The position numbers and the translations under genes are program-made. Positions 1-12,878 of a stretch of 64,000 nt of DNA are shown piece by piece. The DNA is from Lingula anatina (lineage: Eukaryota > Animalia > Brachiopoda). The stretch lies in assembly GCA_051362555.1 (NCBI GenBank), contig CM120641.1, positions 48,738,401 to 48,802,400 of the forward strand. The letters are read 5' to 3'. Position 1 is the first letter of the stretch, and each line of letters starts with the position of its first letter. The notes below the pieces were generated by a model. The model had not been told where the DNA came from, did not search any database, and was given only the letters and a program-made list of their open reading frames with translations.

Positions 1-808
1 TGTGTGTGTGTGCTCGTTCGTGCGTGCCTGTGTCATTATTTTCTACACTGGATGTTACTCGATATGTAACTAAATAATTAAAATCATGTATGAGGCGCTT
101 TTACTTAATGACTGGTTAAATAAGTAGACAGTTTTCTTTTTAACAACAGATCGCTGTTGTTATTTATGTTGTTAGGATTTGTAAGACGATCGTTGTTACA
201 TTTAGATACAATTTCTTATTGATAATGCTTTAAAAACTGTTTTTTAATAAGATTTTGGCTTCACGGCCATTAACAATTATTGAGCAATTATTGAGACTTT
301 TAATTTTGGGGGACCGTTTTGTTTTCAGTTCGAACAGTGACCACACAGCCGACACAGATGAGCCGATGAAGGAGGACATCAAACAAATATAGCCGACTTT
401 CTTTAGAACACTTTATCAATTTATAACTGGATATCACAATGAGAAAGAGATACTTCTTAGCTAGCTATAAGCCAACAGACCAACAGCGAATAGGCTAAGC
501 AAACCTACGTAATTTGCTAAAATAAAATATCGTTTCGTTAAAGATTTGCTGAGCCGCAATGTCCTAGTGTCCTGTTTTCAAGAGTAAGTCATATCACGGC
601 ATATCGGGGTACCAGCGTCTCATATCAGGCAACTATTTGGCAGGGTAAATAAAGATGGATTCCACATCCTTCATCTAATATCTTTTTTAACCATCTTTAA
701 AACTTTATCATTGTGTGCGACCATTATTCATTAAATGTGTTTAGATGTTATGATATTTCTAAAACAGTAAATATTCAGCTATGATATTGCCTAGGTAACG
801 TCTATTAA

Positions 809-1403
809 AGGGACAGTTTGTGGGATTTCACACACGACCGTCACTGAAAATATGTCTTAGGACCTTAAAGGTATCCTAACCTCTTAACCTGGATTTTCCC
901 GACAAATCAAATTTTCATCGAAAAAAACAAGCAATTCGATGAATCGCCGTCCATGTACTTGGATTCGATGTTTTATTTAATTTCTAATTAAATAATTTAG
1001 TTCTAAACGACTGGCCTGTCCCTTACACCGCCATGTCTTCCTGTACATAACACATAGAAATATCGACATCATATACTTTTATTGAAGGGGTTTTATCGTT
1101 TTCAAGGTCTTGGTTGATACGTAGATACATGAAATTTGAAAATATGGAAAGTATGGACGATATATGCAGTTTACAACGTGGATAAGAAATCTTAAAGCAG
1201 TTTTTCTTACCTTTCAACCACAAATTTTTCGACTTTATTAAATATGTACAAAAGTTTATTACCTTAATTTCCCTTACAAGGACCCAGCTTTCATATTGAT
1301 TGGTTTATTCAGAAGATATTTTCCACGTACAGGGCCTGTTAGTCAAACTTTTTGAAAAGAGATGGAAAGAGTTAACAAAAGGAGAACCCCATAAACTGTC
1401 CCT
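809..1403. mobile_element. Non-autonomous DNA transposon remnant with TIRs, Kolobok/T2-like (about 595 bp)
   Basis: Left end TTAA|AGGGACAGTTTGTGGG (805-824) is matched by inverted CCCATAAACTGTCCCT (1388-1403). TTAA followed by AGG is typical of Kolobok/T2 elements. Right target site is degenerate; no transposase. Confidence 0.6.
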
Positions 1404-1684
1404 TGCTTAAAACTTAAACAATAAATGATATGTTAACATATAATAAATAAAAATATGTAAACGTTCTTCTGCCTCGTGTCTATATCAGGGATTTAATAAA
1501 TAATAATAATATCACAAAAACGTCTGCTCACAATAATTCAATTATAAGTGCATCTGCTGCATTGCTGCGGTGTACTAGGGGTTTCTCTTTATGATAGTTA
1601 GTTATATAAAATGAGCTAGCATGGCACTTCATCAGTACACAAGTGACCGTCCCAAAGTCTCATGGTGCTAAACCCTTCCCCACG

Positions 1685-2835
1685 TCACTGTGTCATACCC
1701 ACTTGCATCCACTGAAATAAAAGCAAACTATAGGGTAACTCCAATAAATAACAGTTTTCAATGTGCGATGTATTTTTCTAATACCAAACATTTTTTTGAA
1801 ATTATTGATTCAAAAGAAAGCGCAATAAAAAAAAACTATCAGCAATACTACCAATGAAGCCGGTCATCAGTGCTTAGACGTTTCATTTTATTTTTTTACG
1901 GCTATGTATTTAGCCAGAATTTTAGCCAACTTTACCTGTTCCATGTTCAGCCTGGCATCGCCTCCAAGACCTCTTTTACTGTATTTCTTATAACTGCCTG
2001 AATAAATACCAAATATTGTATAGATAATTGGAAAACAGTATTCTATAAAATACTGGTGCCGACTGATAACTAACAATCAATTTTCTAAATCTTTGAATGT
2101 TTTGGAGGCACGTTAAAAACCTATTCAACCAACCAACAAAAAGGCGTGTGAATACTTAAATGTAAAGGTGGCATTCACCCATAAACTTTCTTTTTTTTTT
2201 TGTTAATTTGTACTTTGCAAAAAGAAGAGAAATAATTTGAGTTCAACATACTCAGAAATGTAAATCTTTATGAATACTTGATAATAAATGCGTCTTTCAC
2301 ACACAAGAAATAATAAATAAGACACAACATTAACGAGATAGTCTACTCACTGTACAACGTATGCACCCTAGCGGCACACAGAACAAAATCTTCAAAATTG
2401 ATGTTCTCCTGTTTGCCCCCATATTTCCTAATTATTACGGTGACTGTGGGTGTGTTTAGTCGAAAACCTGAAGACCGAGACAATTCTTTATAAGACGTAA
2501 ATATGGTGGATTTGGAAGCATTTAAGTTAAATTCTCTTTTTCGATCGCATCTGTTCATTATATATTTCAACAGAAATGCATGTGTCAATTAGTATCGTTT
2601 CACTAATCGAAAGAAAATTGAATATAAACATTTAAAGATGTACTACATGTCTGTCCAACTACGTGCATACATACCGGAAGAGACTTACCGATATCTCTGA
2701 ATAGTTTACGAACTTCAAAGCTTTCAATGAGTCCTGACCTAGATGTGTCGTACCTCTTGAAAACGGCCTGTTTGAAAACAAGAATTATATGACTGAAAGA
2801 GCAAGTACTTTAACAGCGTTCCGTCACTTCCACCA

Positions 2836-2899
<64 letters not shown>

Positions 2900-3499
2900 A
2901 AGAACGCAAAATGTATGCATCAAGGTTTAACAAGAAACACACGCTCGGCACTATCAGAGTCTGAACATTCCACTTATGTTCTTATTTTTAAATCTTATTC
3001 AGAGAAGTGATACTGGTAAGTTAACTAATTACACCTACCCGCCAACGACGTATAAGCTGCCAAAGTTTTGACGTTTGATCAAAGTTCAGATAGCCTACTG
3101 AATCGACCTGAAACCTGTGTTCAGAAAATTTTTGAAAAAGATTTTTTTAAAGTAACTTAGACTGGGTTCACATACCTAGATCGATCCATCTGGATAGGTC
3201 TAACTCTCTGGGGAGTCTCACTAAATTGTTATCAACTAACCTGCTTAAATGTCTGGATAATTATCCAATAACAGCTTTAGTAGGCGGGACAGACATTTAA
3301 ACCGGTTAAGCTGATAACAATTTAATAGGGAGATAGATCGATCCAAATATCTGTGGGAATGGTCTCTCAGTATATCGCATACGTTTGTTGTTTTTTCTGT
3401 TTTGCTTATTGTACCATACAGAGTTCATGGATTGTAGAAATTATCAATATTGGGTCTGGCGTTTAATGTGGCATATCACAGCTTTGTTCACCTCAACGC

Positions 3500-3547
<48 letters not shown>

Positions 3548-6500
3548 TCAGATGTCAAAGGATACGTCAAACATAGACAACAAGGAGCGGCACGGTTCCA
3601 CGGTGAAGCCTCCGCTGTCTCCAAGATCTGAAATAAAAACAATACAATTGTATTGAAATGTTAGAACAAAGAAACATGACTGATTCAATAGAATAGACAT
3701 TGCAATATATATCAAGCAGCAAGTTAGTTTGGTATATAAGGAACATCTCTCTTACCTTTCCTGAAGAGATGGTTAATGAGAACCCGTAGATCGCGTCCGT
3801 CTACTGCCCCCTCCAGGCCACCGTATTTAAAGAACACATCCTTTGAGAGACCTAAATAATTCTCGGGGACGCTAGAATCCTCACCATCCAACTGAAAAAA
3901 ATAACCATGCTTAGAAAACTAGAATCTGTGTGGATTTTATTGACCATTACTTTGACTTAACATTTTTCTGCGAAGACTTTTTATTCGTGGCAGAAAATCA
4001 ACATTTGAAAAAAAATACTACTACTACTATTATTACTATTATTATTATTATTGTTGTTGTAAAGTTTTAGAATTCGAGGACGATTTCTTTTGGAGAAGGG
4101 GTGTATGTTGAAAGCAAATGACATACACTTTCGATAATTACAAAACATTTAAAATGTGTAGGAAGTTATTGAGTGCAAAGTAAATGTCTTAAAGTGTCAA
4201 CGAGTGTAGAGACTGTTCTCGAAGAAGGAAAGGGTGGAACCTTTCAGAGTCAGATATAGTTGGATCTGATTGGTTAATTTTTCTATCGATTTGCGCGTGT
4301 TTAACACGTGTAGAACTCGTGCATACTTGAGTTGGACAGGATCCAAGATGAGTAATTCGGAAAATATTTTAAATATTTTAAATCATAAACAAGTCTCATT
4401 TAAATTACTGAATAAGGAAATATTGAATAGAATTTTGTAACATGAGAATGGGAAATATGAGAATGGAAAATAGAATATAAATACTTGTAGATTCTGTGAA
4501 AAATTGAGTGTGGGGAATAAATATCTGAAGCTCCAGATCGTCGTTGTTGTCACTATAACATTATCATTATTATGTTACGTTATGTTATGTTATGCAAAAT
4601 ATCTTGACTTCTTGTTAATAAAAAACACACTTACCGGGATGGAGGTAGACACCTTCGGCTGATAGGGGCCCGTCGTTTCGTCAACTAAACTGAAATTGCA
4701 AAGAAATCTCATGATGGCTCTTTTATTAGATGTTCCATAAATCTAATTTCTATAAACAGCCATGGCATCACTGACATGGATATAAGTACAACTATAAAAT
4801 ACGTAGAAAACAGGAATTCTCATAAAGGGAGTCAGACTGATTGAAAATAAAATCTATAATGAATACGCCGAGAAAAAAATTGCTGCTATCATTTTTTCAA
4901 TTACCATTCTTGAAAGCTTTAAAGGATTACGAAATAAATAGGAACATCAATTATAAAGAAAAGTGAAAAAATAACTTGATAAACACATTTACCAGGAATG
5001 TATTTCTTTTTCAGTCCATATTCTGAGAAGAAAATCGGCTTCCTGGTTAGTTTTCTGAGTAGTTGGAATGAGGCAGTAAACTCCAGGTTCTAGACGCAGA
5101 CGACACGTCACCTCGCGCTGAACGACATTGGTTTGGAGTTGATAGACGGCGGATGCGCGTTCGGAGTAGTTGTCTTCATTAAACGGCTCAGCAACGCCGT
5201 CCTTGATCTGAATGTTAAGACAAGGTGTTAGAAGAAACGACCTCATACACTTCTGACAGGTTTCATTTTTTCCACTTTTCGTAATGATACTTTCTTGACG
5301 AACTAAATGCAGTACGTAATGTATACAATGTCGTTAGGAGGGGCATGTCTGCCTCTAGAGCGACACCATCATTGGATACATAGTTGTAATCTGCAAATAT
5401 CAATAATATGCTATCTTATTATATGTTATAGCTAGAGTACGACAGATTTCTTGCAACATCTAAACGGAACTTTTAAAGAACCAGAAAATGCCATAAAATG
5501 GTGTATACTGAAACCTATTGACATTAGCAAGGTTGACAGTCTACTTACAGGTATTTGAAAATATCTCAAGAGGAAAGTAACATCATATCATTGTAAAATT
5601 ATTTATGCAACATAATGAAACAGAACAAAATAAGATATAAAGAAATAGACTTGCCTTAACTTAAATGAAAACAAAATAAGAGGTGATAAAGTAACAAAAG
5701 CAACAAAAATGGGTACAGAATGCAAATATAGGTGAACAATAGAAAACAATAGAAACGTGACAAATATAATAAATAAACAAAAAAGAGAGAAAAAATATTT
5801 TACTGCCCGGCATTGACTGCAATAATGATTTTGGAACCCTTGGTAATGTAAAAATTGACACCTTTTCCCAAAAGTCCAAAGTTGAAAAGGAAACATAAAG
5901 CAAGAAGCAACAACAATTGCTTTACATAAATCTTTCCGCATTCTCCAAGATGCCTTTTACTTACAGGGTTTACCAAAAGTTCTGAAGTTAGCAGGATTCT
6001 TAACAACCCTGTAGAAGAACTACTCCGTACCTGGTACACGTTAAAGAAGATAAGATGCGAGGATGGTTTGGAGCCGAGGAAGAGGTCGCGTTGAGGCGGG
6101 AGAATCTGCATCAGGGACAGGAGACAGGTGCAAATTGTGCTGTGTTCGTCGGCGTCTCTCAGCCGGATAGTCATTTGGTATTGAGGGTTGGTAAAGTAGA
6201 GTTCTGGAAAAGTGACAGGCGTGGAGGAATACGAGTCATTATCCACGCAGGGACCTCGTTTCCAGAATTTGAAAACGACACATTTCTCTTTACACAAAAT
6301 AACCTATGAGAAAATGACTCGGGTGTAAATAAATAGGGTTAATAAATGCTATGAATGGCATAAAAAGTTCATCTTAGGAAGGTCTGGCAATATTGTCGTG
6401 TAAGAAAAGTATTATGCCAAAATAACGGAAATGTACAATAAAACGAGTTTTTTGTGCAGGATACAACTGGTCTTTGCACTGATATGCCATGTGCTATGCA

Positions 6501-9500
6501 CACATAAAAAGTAAAGGTTGTGTTTTAATCCGGATTTCTTCTCTCACCTTTCTGAGCTGGGTTACTTCCTCCTCCTCCGGCTGTGACGCCATGGACCCAC
6601 TCCCCATAGTGTAGAGCACTCTGCCATACTACCTCCTCCTAAAACACAGTACCCCTAGCCTGAGACAACAGCACGATTTTATAAAAGCATAATTCATATA
6701 TTAGTTTTCAATTTTTACTTATTTTTGAAAAAAATTTTTCATTTATCTTTTTAGCTCTGTAGATCAATTAATACTGTGACGTAAACATATACAGATTTGG
6801 TTATGGTTCAGGTTTTTCCTGATTTTTAAAATTGCCCGAAAACTTGCCTCCTTATTTCTCATGTGTATTATGTCCAGAATTTCAAAGTTCTTCAACCAGT
6901 CGTCAAAGGTCATCCTGAAATAACCGTGATAATACTCAGGGTAGTGGACGTCACTCTAATGTGAATCCCAGGAGCATTTTTGAAGTTCCAACAACATGAG
7001 TGTACAATATATACCTTACCATCTATCACATAAAAGATGAACTATACTAATTAAAACATGTGAAGCAGTGCTTTACCAGAATTCGTTGTCGTTGCACCTC
7101 ACTCCTTGACTTTCTTTATCTACGAGCGTGAAGGCCTGCCATTCCTTAGATCTACAATAGAGACACAAAGTCACTACGTCAGGATACAACGCCACTACGT
7201 CAGGTTACAACACCACAACGTCAGGTTACAACGCCACTACGTCAGGTTACAACACTACAACATCAGATTACAACGCCACTACGTCAGGTTACAACACCAC
7301 AACGTCAGGTTACAACACCACAACGTCAGGTTACAACACTACAACATCAGATTACAACGCCACTATGTCAGGTTACAACACCACAACGCCAGGTTACAAC
7401 GCCACTACGTCAGGTTACAACAACTACAACATCAGATTACATCGCCACTACGTCAGGTTACAACACCACAACGTCAGGTCACAACACCACAACGTCAGGT
7501 TACAACACCACAAAGTCAGGTTACAACGCCGCAACGTCAGGTTACAACACCGCAACTTCATGTCACAACACCACAACGTCAGGTCACAACATCAATTACG
7601 TGAAAAGATGCAAATGGCAATAACTCATCGAAAAAAATATAGTATGAGAAAGGTTCTGTAAATAATAATAATAATTGTATTATAATTACGATTATTATAA
7701 CTTGGTGTAGAAATTTTTCAAATAAAATACTACCCTTTTCATCAAGAATGTACATGTAGAAGAGAACAAAACTTTGGGCTGTAAATATCTTGCAAATACG
7801 GATCGTAAATAGGTCATATTAGGTTAAAAGGAAAGACACTATATATTGTCAGCAATATAGTTTCGGTCCCAGAAAGACCACGCAACGCCACTGTGACGGC
7901 TGTTGGAACACTCACGTCTCCCCCCACGCCCCCTTCCAGGCTGTTTGACCCTGCGGGTTGTTCAGTCTCACCAGTCTGGTAGGTGTCCCGTTGACTTGAA
8001 TCTGGAAAGATAAAATGTAATTCAAGTAAATGGACATCACATGTAACTGTTTCATCAAAGTCCTCAACGCAAATTTGACTTTAATTCGATGGAAGGAAAC
8101 GCCGTAACAATTTGTGTTTCATAAAATTGAAAGACCACGGACATTTGATATTAAAATTGGCATGAGGCAGAGAAATCAATAAACACATGTCAATATTTTT
8201 CTCAAATTGAAAAGAATTGCGTGACTAAATCAAATCACGATATCTGTAAGAATCTTCAAATCTGTCTACTAAGGCCCCATTCAGAATTGGGGACTAAGTA
8301 GTCCGAGGGTCAAATATGGCGACTCATTATAAAGCTTGCCGTTTCATCCGCTAATAGACGCTGAATAGATATCCCGGGGGGGAAGTATTCGAGTGAGTCG
8401 GCCATATATGACCCTCGGACTATTTAGTCGATCCCCTATTCTGAATGGGGCCTATGACATTGACGTATCTGTCACAGTAGCCCTCACTTGTTTCATTGAC
8501 GTCACACTGTAGGCGTGGCCTGTATAGAGTCCTGTCGGTAAACTCATGGGGATGGTCTCACCTTTGTCCGGCTGTGTGGAGAGAATGTTAGGGAATAGTT
8601 GCGTTCAACTTATAATAAACAACGAGACAATGCACAGTGTACTTCGACTGTTTTTTATACATTTTTAAAGTGTGAAAAAGTGACAAATATGCAAATGGTC
8701 TGATGACGCCTTTTTTCGACACAAAAAGTACAGTAGAAAAACTAACAACACGATTTTTTTAGTAATGTCGTAAACCACTTCCAAATGCGCAATGTTTTTC
8801 CCCCAAACTAACCCATATCCCACATTGAAGAATGGCGGCTTTGCTACCACACTTCCGTAACAAGTCGAAGAGATTATTAGGGAGTTTCGCTTTCTTTTTT
8901 ATGTTGTATGATTCAGGAAAACCACCAGTGAAATCCACCATAATATCTCTGGCGAACAGTGAGCTTATAGCGCTGTATGAGCCACAGAGCCTGTAAGTAA
9001 AGGGTTACATTAAATGAATTTTAATCAAAATTAGATTGGACATACAGAATTAATCAATTGTAAGAACACCAAGCCTGGCAAACAGGTATCTCTCCTGCGT
9101 GCACTCTGATAAATATGTTTTTTATGACGGCAATAAAGTTTGCAACTAGTATGTTCATTGTTTGATTTCTCTGCTGATATGGCAAGAGACTGCAGAGTTC
9201 CTTTATCGCCGTTATTTTTTTAATGTTTCACTCTACGTTCCACAAGCATAGTCAACAAAGTAGAGAGCTAAATATAGGTAAACACGACAGGCATGCCCCT
9301 TAGGACAGTCTTAACTCTATCTTTTCAGATGTATCGAATAGAAAGGCTTACTTGGCATAAGCTTTCTCCAGAAGAGCGCACCAGAACTCCTCCGGATTTC
9401 CTTGGTTCTGGCAAAATAACAGCTTCTTGTCTTTGCCAAGGGGCAGCCGATCGTCTATGATCACTTCCCGCCATTTTCCATACCGCCAGAGATAAAAATG

Positions 9501-10601
9501 GAATATTCCTCAAGAGAGAAAAAATTATAAGGTCATATAGTTGTTAATGATTTGCATCAGGTGGTATCTGTGATGAAATCCAATATTCTGTAATACAATA
9601 ATCAACAAAGTAAGACGTCTGCTGCGCACCACGGGCCAGGTAAGACATGTTACCATGTATCTCTGCGGGCCCCGCTGAAAGAGAGCATATCTTTCATAAT
9701 TGAGAAAATCCAGGTAAGAGTTCTTTGCCTATCCTATGTTCACACTGGGCAGCTCATGGCGGCAAGTCAACATTATTTCTGAGGTGAAGGCGCTTTTTTA
9801 AAGATGCTTTTAAAAATATCATCTGTGCATAGTCAGTGAGAGACACGTTATTCTAAGATTCGAAATTAACTGAATTATAGCTCTTTTTCTAACCATTAGC
9901 ATAGCTGCACAGAAAAGTGACCTTTATGCTATTTAGCGTCCGAAAATGCTTCTTCTAAGTATTTTTGCTACACCTTAGAATGTTAGACGTCCTCGGCATG
10001 CAATATTAGTTTAACTGCTAAAAGTTGGTGTATAATTGATGGTGCATTTTTTAAAGGCTCACGTCCACATACCTGTATAATTCCCGCCAAAGTTTTGATC
10101 TGGCGGCACAACCGACTTAAAGAGTAATCTTTTAGTGGCGAGTAAAGCTGCAGCTGCCGCAAAACAGCAACTATCTGAAATGATCAAATTAGTTTCAGTG
10201 TTCTCATGGACTAATCTGGATAGTTTTACAGAAGTCAGAAGTACATTTTTCCAACCTTATTACATTTTATTAGTTTTTCCGTGATTACTTACCACTTTTG
10301 CCTTGGTACAGGTTAAAACTAGTGGCGTTCTCCTGTATAAACACAGGGTTGTCACAGATCTCCTGCAAATATAGTCTGATTTTAGTAAATAAGATCAATC
10401 ACACCAGATATGTCTCATAATGCTTAGCCACAATGGAGAACGTAATCCCTCTTTCATTTTCATTTAAATTGTTGCCATTTGCCGCACCTTAACTTATGTA
10501 AGGGGATAACTTTTATTCAGTATGTAATTTGCTATTTTCGCTCAATTTTACCTTTTCGCCTTATCCGGGGGCTTTAAAGCAGGGCGGGCAGAGGTGTGTG
10601 T

Positions 10602-10632
<31 letters not shown>

Positions 10633-12878
10633 GGGGGGGGTAATATCATGAGAGCATCCCTTACATACTGGTCGTTATGGTCAAATTCAATTTAGAGGAC
10701 GGTGTTTGAGTAACCAAGTGATTTCATTTATAAAACGTTTTGTGCCTTAAAAGATCAGCACTTTCTTTGTGGAATACAAAAAGGCCTTAAAAAACAAAAA
10801 CAAAAAACCATACTGCCTCTCTAATAAATAAAATGAAGGTGATCACAGAAGTTGAACTGCACAGCCTCGAGTCAAGATAACAGAATGTATTCCTTACAGA
10901 ATGTGGGCAGCCATTTGCCTTATTACGTTGAAGGCTCAGATATGCTAGTTATCCCCGTCTATTACCTATGGTCTTTTTGTTGAGATTTATCTCCATGGTA
11001 ACATAAAGAGATGGTAAAAATAAATTCACCTGCAAGTGCCCTGACTTTTAAGTTTCAGTTGTTTTTATATTCCTTTCAATATACGTGGAATTTTTTTATT
11101 TTTTGTGACGTGCAATGACTGTATTTTTCCTGGTGTTTCAGAAATTTGGAACAGAAATATTTAGAAGAATGCTAGGATCCAGCAGCTCATGTTGAATGCT
11201 AGATGAATGACAATCTGACCCGGTGTTATAAAGAGACTACCGACAGATGTATGAACATGTTGGTCTGTGATGAAACACGTTTTGATCGTAGATAACATAT
11301 TCCTTGCAATGGGCTGAAAAAACACATTCGCATCAGACAGCATCAATTGGAATAATTTCCAATCGTATCAGCAAAATAAAAACAAAAACAAGGCCAAGAG
11401 TTCGAGCTTTAATTCAAGCCATGATCGTACGAATGTTTATCATGATGTTATATCCTGATGGAAGTTCCCCGTGTTGATGCTTTTCTGTGCACCCTGAATA
11501 TATGGGTTATAACCGTGACTTCCTGATGGGCAAAGCTCATCGAAAGGAGAAGCTTTTCTTGTGCAAACAAGCCAGTCTCTCTTCATGTAAATGAATGTAA
11601 AAACACAGACCAACGAGATCAGGCTAGGTAATATTCTCTATCCTTGATTTACATCTATCAACAGTAAACTCAGGTTCACATCTCTCAGGATCTCCCAGGC
11701 ATGTTCTGAATACCTTCTTTGACAGCTTTCTTATTAAATGTCAAAAACTGTTTAGGATAATAGTCTAGATATCAAGGAAGTGCGTTTATAGATGTGCAGC
11801 AGACCTTCCCAAGGTTTCCACCCCCCACCCCCCTAAGTACAGGGTATATTCTCTTATATCGTATATTATGTTATAATGGTAAAGCGTCATGGATCTACAC
11901 CTGATACCCAGGGTGATTGTTGTGCTACAGATGTAAACAAATACCTGAGTGTGCGAACTCGAGTCAATACCTAGTAAACCTGCAGATCAGCCGCCTCCTT
12001 AATGCGTCTTTTACTGAAGTGTTTTCAGGAAAATTCAGCAAATAAAATACGTGGCGATAATAGGCCTAATAGTAAAACATCTGCGATATCTCGGCTGAAA
12101 TTATCTTTGTTAATATGATTAGCGTGTTAAGATGCTGGGCGGTACACACGCCGAGACATCATAACAGAGGAGGAAAGCCAAACCTCTGTGACAGTTTTAA
12201 TGAATTTTCTTAATGTACCACGACAGTTAATCACATATCTCTTTTTAATCTTTAGATCATGATGTCAGAACCATCTCATATTCGGTAATATGTGGGGGGC
12301 AAGACACTCTGAATAGACCTTCTTTATTGGAAATGCCTAATTACAAACACCAGAGATAAAGCAGACCTTTATATTGGTGTGAGCATGATATATATATATC
12401 ACATAATACGGTACTTTACCTTCGGCCGTTTCCAGGTAATATCAGCTTCTCGAATTGGCACGTTGCCATCGGGATTTATGCTTTCAATGGCTGCGGGAAA
12501 GGTTTCATCTTCATACAGGGAGCCATCGTTGAGACAGCGAGCCTCAAGAGTAGTGAACGTCGAGGCTGAAGGCATGTTGTCAAGCATCACTGCTGGTGAC
12601 ACGGCGACACACGCGGCGTGACGCGGGAGGTTCACCTCACCAAAACGCCCTGTTTCTATTAGTCGTCCAACCAACCAACGCCAACCAAGAGGCAGCCGAG
12701 GCAACAGCAGGAGGAACGCGTACTTGTAAATTATGCGGAAACCATGGCAGCTCTGCCCTGTTTTGCTCTGATCTATTTTTTGCTGTAGACTGGTTCTCTC
12801 CAGTCTATTAACTCTGCTCCTACCTGCCAATAATTCACTTTCCTCTGCCTTTTCCAGACTCAGTGCTCCTCCCATCAT
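1685..12878 (-). CDS. Divergent classical calpain (CysPc + C2-like domain III + penta-EF-hand), about 787 aa, 20 exons
   Basis: Phase-consistent exons: 12420-12878, 10293-10362, 10073-10174, 9352-9508, 8813-8990, 8488-8571, 7916-8001, 7077-7151, 6848-6914, 6548-6638, 6031-6203, 4993-5207, 4635-4689, 3756-3891, 3566-3627, 3039-3107, 2689-2767, 2351-2467, 1936-1997, 1685-1711 (sum 2364 nt). Motifs: [62 protein letters not shown]-hand [13 protein letters not shown]-terminus WMQVGMTQ*. Start codon is the least certain part. Confidence 0.93.
2836..2897. repeat. Compound microsatellite (CT)n(CA)n
   Basis: Directly visible in a calpain intron. Confidence 0.95.
3159..3365. mobile_element. Palindromic MITE family A, copy 1 (inside the U12 intron)
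   Basis: Shares GACTGGGTTC..ATACCTAGATCGATC, TCACTAAATTG and GGGAATGGTC motifs with copies at about 22900, 52816 and 54159; internal inverted symmetry. Confidence 0.7.
3500..3546. repeat. (AAT)n microsatellite
   Basis: Directly visible; explains the poly-Ile ORF 3450-3656. Confidence 0.95.
6639..6847 (-). other. GC-AG intron in calpain
   Basis: Exon ends AAG GAG|GCAAGT; the next exon starts in phase 0 after ttttag. No phase-0 GT donor exists before the in-frame stop. Confidence 0.85.
7172..7591. repeat. 21-bp minisatellite (about 20 copies, ACAACRCCACWACGTCAGGTT)
   Basis: Tandem units directly visible in a calpain intron about 20 nt from the acceptor; produce the repetitive ORFs 7106-7603 and 7365-7661. 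Confidence 0.95.
8273..8452. mobile_element. MITE with long TIRs, Harbinger/Tourist-like (180 bp)
   Basis: GGCCCCATTCAGAAT..GACTAAGTAGTCCGAGGGTCA on the left, inverted TGACCCTCGGACTATTTAGTC..ATTCTGAATGGGGCC on the right; flanks TAA / TAT. Confidence 0.75.

Larger units (their letters stand above)
3108..3565 (-). other. U12-type (minor spliceosome) GT-AG intron in the calpain EF-hand region
   Basis: Donor reads GTATCCTTTGAC (U12 consensus RTATCCTTT). Branch-like TTTTCTGAAC about 12 nt before the CAG. Phase 0 join SMFD|VDSVG. Confidence 0.85.

Noticed and set aside
1023-1040. Alternative calpain last exon (EDMAV*)
   Set aside because: Lies inside a transposon remnant; 1685-1711 (WMQVGMTQ*) matches the calpain C-terminal pattern better.
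7106-7661. Repetitive ORFs (RLQRHYV / VTTPQRQ)
   Set aside because: Translations of the 21-bp intronic minisatellite, antisense to calpain.
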